Shown here: piece after piece, positions 55,867 to 58,777 of the stretch | Layout of the letters: every line of letters starts with the position of its first letter | How positions within the stretch are numbered: position 1 is the stretch's first letter | Program-made: the position numbers and the translations under genes | Notes under the pieces: generated by a model | What the model was told of the DNA's origin: nothing | Databases searched by the model: none | Seen by the model: the letters and a program-made list of their open reading frames with translations, nothing else | Source of the DNA: a bacterium | GTDB lineage: Bacteria; Zhuqueibacterota; Zhuqueibacteria; Oceanimicrobiales; Oceanimicrobiaceae | Length of the DNA: 58,777 nucleotides | NCBI GenBank assembly: GCA_046757525.1 | Contig: JBHHYI010000004.1 | Span: forward strand, 1 to 58,777 | Reading direction: 5' to 3'

Positions 55867-57071
55867 AAGGTTTCCCTTTCCTGGCTCGCCTGTCGACAAT
55901 TCTCCTGCCAGAGCTGAAGTCGGTCCGCCAGGCCCAGTTTCTGCAAGTACTCCCGATCAGGCTCCGCTGCAAGCACTTTGGTGTCACAGAACGCGTGTTC
56001 AAGAACGTTTGCCACGTGGACTGCGGTCAGTGGACTAAAGTTCATCCCCAGACAGTGTTGAGGGCGATGGTGGTAGGCCAACGCTTCCACGATGTTGTCA
56101 GGCAATCCCCAAAGGCCCAACAAATAAGCCCCAATCTCGGCGTGCGTAGCGCCGATGATTTCCTGCTCCGCTTGCCACATGCCAATCCCCTGCTGCCTGG
56201 CGAACATCACCGCTTCGCCGTATTCATCTGGAAGGTTCTCTGCCAGCACCAGCTTGCCGGTGTCGTGCAGCAAACCGGCCATTATGGCATGGTCAATGAT
56301 TTTCTCGCTTTGAGTCTCTAAAATCGCAATCCTTCTTGCGAAGGCGGCGACCGACAAGCTGTGGTTCAGCAGTTTGGCTAACGGCAAGCATTTGATTTTG
56401 AATTGATCAAACTTTGAAAATACTTGCACCGACAAAACCAGAGCCTTTATGATTTCCGGTCCAAGCAATTTGGCGGCATGAATGGGACTTGAAATATTTT
56501 CCCTGAGTCCAAAAAACGCGGAATTGACCAACTGCAGAATTTTCGCGGTCATGCCAACATCTTTGGAGATTATCTCTCCTACCCTTTTCATGGTCACGTT
56601 GGCCGATTGCAATTCTTGCATCAGCTCTAAGTACAAAGTCGGCAGACTGGGCAGATATCTTATCTGGGCGACCAGACCCTTGAGTTTTTCATCTGTTAGC
56701 AAATCGCGCAGGGCGAGCGCCCGTTCAATGATGTTCTTCAGCTCATCTGCATTGCAAGGTTTCGACAAATACTGATGCGTCGGCCCAATCGACTTCATGA
56801 TCATTTCTTTGTCAGACTGTCCGGACAGCACGATGCGTATGGTCTGTGGGTGCCTTTCCATCACGGTAGACAACAGTTCGGCCCCATCCATGCCTGGCAT
56901 ACGCATATCGGCCACGATTACGTCGGCGGGTCTTTCAGACAAAATCGCCAGCGCCTCTTCCCCGCTGGCAGCAAATTCCATGTCCCATTCGTGACGCTTG
57001 GAACGCAGCATTCGTCGAAGTCCTTGAAGAACGTTCTCCGTATCGTCAACAAATAATAGACGTTTTTTCAA
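55863..57071 (-). CDS. Response regulator with HDOD domain
   Basis: REC LFVDD..DMRMPGMDG..KP; LPSLP, KILQLVNSAFFG, LLHDTGK, WGLP, YHH. Confidence 0.92.
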   Translation of the reverse strand: MKKRLLFVDDTENVLQGLRRMLRSKRHEWDMEFAASGEEALAILSERPADVIVADMRMPGMDGAELLSTVMERHPQTIRIVLSGQSDKEMIMKSIGPTHQYLSKPCNADELKNIIERALALRDLLTDEKLKGLVAQIRYLPSLPTLYLELMQELQSANVTMKRVGEIISKDVGMTAKILQLVNSAFFGLRENISSPIHAAKLLGPEIIKALVLSVQVFSKFDQFKIKCLPLAKLLNHSLSVAAFARRIAILETQSEKIIDHAIMAGLLHDTGKLVLAENLPDEYGEAVMFARQQGIGMWQAEQEIIGATHAEIGAYLLGLWGLPDNIVEALAYHHRPQHCLGMNFSPLTAVHVANVLEHAFCDTKVLAAEPDREYLQKLGLADRLQLWQENCRQASQERETL

Positions 57072-57082
57072 AATTTGTTGCC

Positions 57083-58777
57083 TTATTGGTTCGAGGGTCT
57101 TATTGGTAATCGTATCACAAAAGTGGTTCCCTTCCCAACTTCAGTCTCAAAGGTGATGCTGCCGCCGTGTTTCTCCACCACCACGTTGTGCGATATGGCT
57201 AATCCCTGCCCCGTTCCTTTGCCAACTTCCTTGGTAGTAAAAAACGGGTCGAAGATTTTCGAGCGAACTTTCTTCGGGATGCCGGGACCGGTGTCAGCGA
57301 TGCGTATTTCTACGCACTGGTCGTCATGACGCGTCGTGACCGTAATCGTTCCCTTCTTGCTCGAGTCTCCCTCCGTCGCTTCAGCTATGGCCTGAGCGGC
57401 GTTCACAAGAATATTGAGCAATACCTGGTTTAACTCTCCGCGCAAACAGGGCACTAACGGCAACGTGGGGCAAAAGTCTGTCTTGAGCTCTGCCACATAT
57501 TTCCATTCGTTCCTGGCTACGGTTATTGTGTTTTCCAGAGCACGATTAATGTCTATTGGTGATTTCTCCGCTTGACCTGGATGTGAGAACTCTTTCATGG
57601 CCCGTACAATGTTGCTTACCCGTTCCACACCTTCCAGGGACTGCTGAACGGCCAGCGGAATTTCATCGACCAGATATTCCAAGTCAATCTCCTGCGTGGT
57701 TGTTTCCACAGCGGGGATGAGCGCTTCAAGTGGTTGTTTTTCTTTGGCCGCCTCGAACAAGTCACGGTACCTGTCCAGGAGTTTCCTTAAATCTTCAAAA
57801 GCATCCTGCATAAAACGAATATTGTCCCCAACATATTGAATGGGCGTATTGATCTCATGAGCGATTCCTGAGGCCAATTGGCCAATAGATTCCAACTTTT
57901 GAGCTTGCGCAAGCTGGCCTTCTAAGTTCTTACGCTCCGTAATTTCCGTAGCAAGCAGCAGGAAGCCCGCCTGCTTCAGGCTGTCGCCAACGACGGGATT
58001 GATGTGAATATTCAGAAAGCCTTCTTTGCCATCAGGTCTGGAATAGCGGATGTCATCCAGACGCGTCAGTTGTTTGCACTTTCTGTACATTGAAATACGA
58101 TGGAGTACTTCACACCAATCCCAATCGATGCCGCATTGAAGAAACGGCCTTCCGATGACCCCCGAACCCTTGATTCCAAAAGTTTGTTCTGCCGCGGTGT
58201 TCCAGCGTGTGATCCGGTCGTCCTTTCCCACGCCAATCAAAATCGAGGGAATAGAAGTCAACAGTTGTTCGGTGAGCTGGTGCGCTGCAATGCGGTCTTC
58301 CTCGCCACGCTTGCGTTCGCTGATGTCCGTTATCGCTGAAAGCACGCCACGAAACTCACCGCGGTCAAACAGCGGTGTGGAACTGACAAGCACAGGAAGC
58401 TCCGTACCATCTTTACAAACGAAACAACTTTCGTACCTGCTCTTTTCCCCTTTGCGTCGACGCTCGCTCTCTTTCACGATTTTTTGGAATTCACGCGGTG
58501 CAATGATCTTGGACCAATGTTCGCCGACCAGCTCATCTTTGGAATAACCCAACATCTTCTCAATGCTCGGATTTATGAAGCTCCATTTTCCTTCCGAATC
58601 TTCTATTATGATTCCCTCGTCGATATTGTGGACTATGTTCTCGTTAAACTCTTTTAATCTTGTCAATTCCACTGCCAACTGTTTGCGTTTGGTGACGTCC
58701 TGCTTAATTCCGATAAAATGCGTAACCTCTCCAGCACCATTGCTCACAGGCGTTATGGTCTGCTCTTCTGTGTACAG
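57083..58777 (-). CDS. Multi-PAS sensor histidine kinase (5' end outside the window)
   Basis: Frame is open to the window edge (LYTEEQTITPVSN..); PAS/PAC repeats, AHEINTPIQ, NILVNAAQA, DTGPG, GKGTGQGL. Confidence 0.93.
   Translation of the reverse strand: MYTEEQTITPVSNGAGEVTHFIGIKQDVTKRKQLAVELTRLKEFNENIVHNIDEGIIIEDSEGKWSFINPSIEKMLGYSKDELVGEHWSKIIAPREFQKIVKESERRRKGEKSRYESCFVCKDGTELPVLVSSTPLFDRGEFRGVLSAITDISERKRGEEDRIAAHQLTEQLLTSIPSILIGVGKDDRITRWNTAAEQTFGIKGSGVIGRPFLQCGIDWDWCEVLHRISMYRKCKQLTRLDDIRYSRPDGKEGFLNIHINPVVGDSLKQAGFLLLATEITERKNLEGQLAQAQKLESIGQLASGIAHEINTPIQYVGDNIRFMQDAFEDLRKLLDRYRDLFEAAKEKQPLEALIPAVETTTQEIDLEYLVDEIPLAVQQSLEGVERVSNIVRAMKEFSHPGQAEKSPIDINRALENTITVARNEWKYVAELKTDFCPTLPLVPCLRGELNQVLLNILVNAAQAIAEATEGDSSKKGTITVTTRHDDQCVEIRIADTGPGIPKKVRSKIFDPFFTTKEVGKGTGQGLAISHNVVVEKHGGSITFETEVGKGTTFVIRLPIRPSNQ

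Noticed and set aside
1-58777. CRISPR array, rRNA, transposase, integrase or prophage genes
   Set aside because: No regularly spaced repeats or recognisable motifs seen; the many antisense and alternate-frame ORFs are shadows of well-supported genes

Overview
Bacterial chromosomal window of moderate GC; gene content suggests an FCB-group-like lineage (inference only). The long + strand metabolic region contains a LeuC/HacA-like aconitase subunit, YpdA, E3, LipB, and an unusual tricarboxylate cluster (SucC-like protein fused to a ferredoxin, SucD-like, citryl-CoA lyase-like, HD protein, isocitrate/isopropylmalate dehydrogenase, PrpD). It continues with 2-oxoacid dehydrogenase E1a/E1b, nuoA-B-CD-E-F-G-H-I, a second nuoB-C-I-D set followed by a membrane Fe-S/CCG oxidoreductase, then E2 and LipA. 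A housekeeping block follows (tRNA-Val, thrS, infC, rpmI, rplT, pheST, zapB-like, zapA, rny, ymdB, folD, tRNA-Arg), then a ribose-type ABC transporter and a TPR protein. The - strand carries tRNA-Pro, DedA, GT2 and a kinase/HDOD signalling cluster. Most notable: (1) a 2.2 kb insertion between E1a and E1b, flanked by a 92-bp duplication, with integron attC sites and a cassette encoding a DUF3800 protein plus a convergent, self-promoted three-hairpin small RNA between hsdS/hsdR-like remnants; (2) an RNase Y whose HD catalytic residues are all substituted, followed by an unassigned multi-hairpin RNA with its own promoter; (3) nested palindromic repeat elements; (4) folD ending inside tRNA-Arg. 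All calls come from reading motifs by eye; no searches or folding programs were run.
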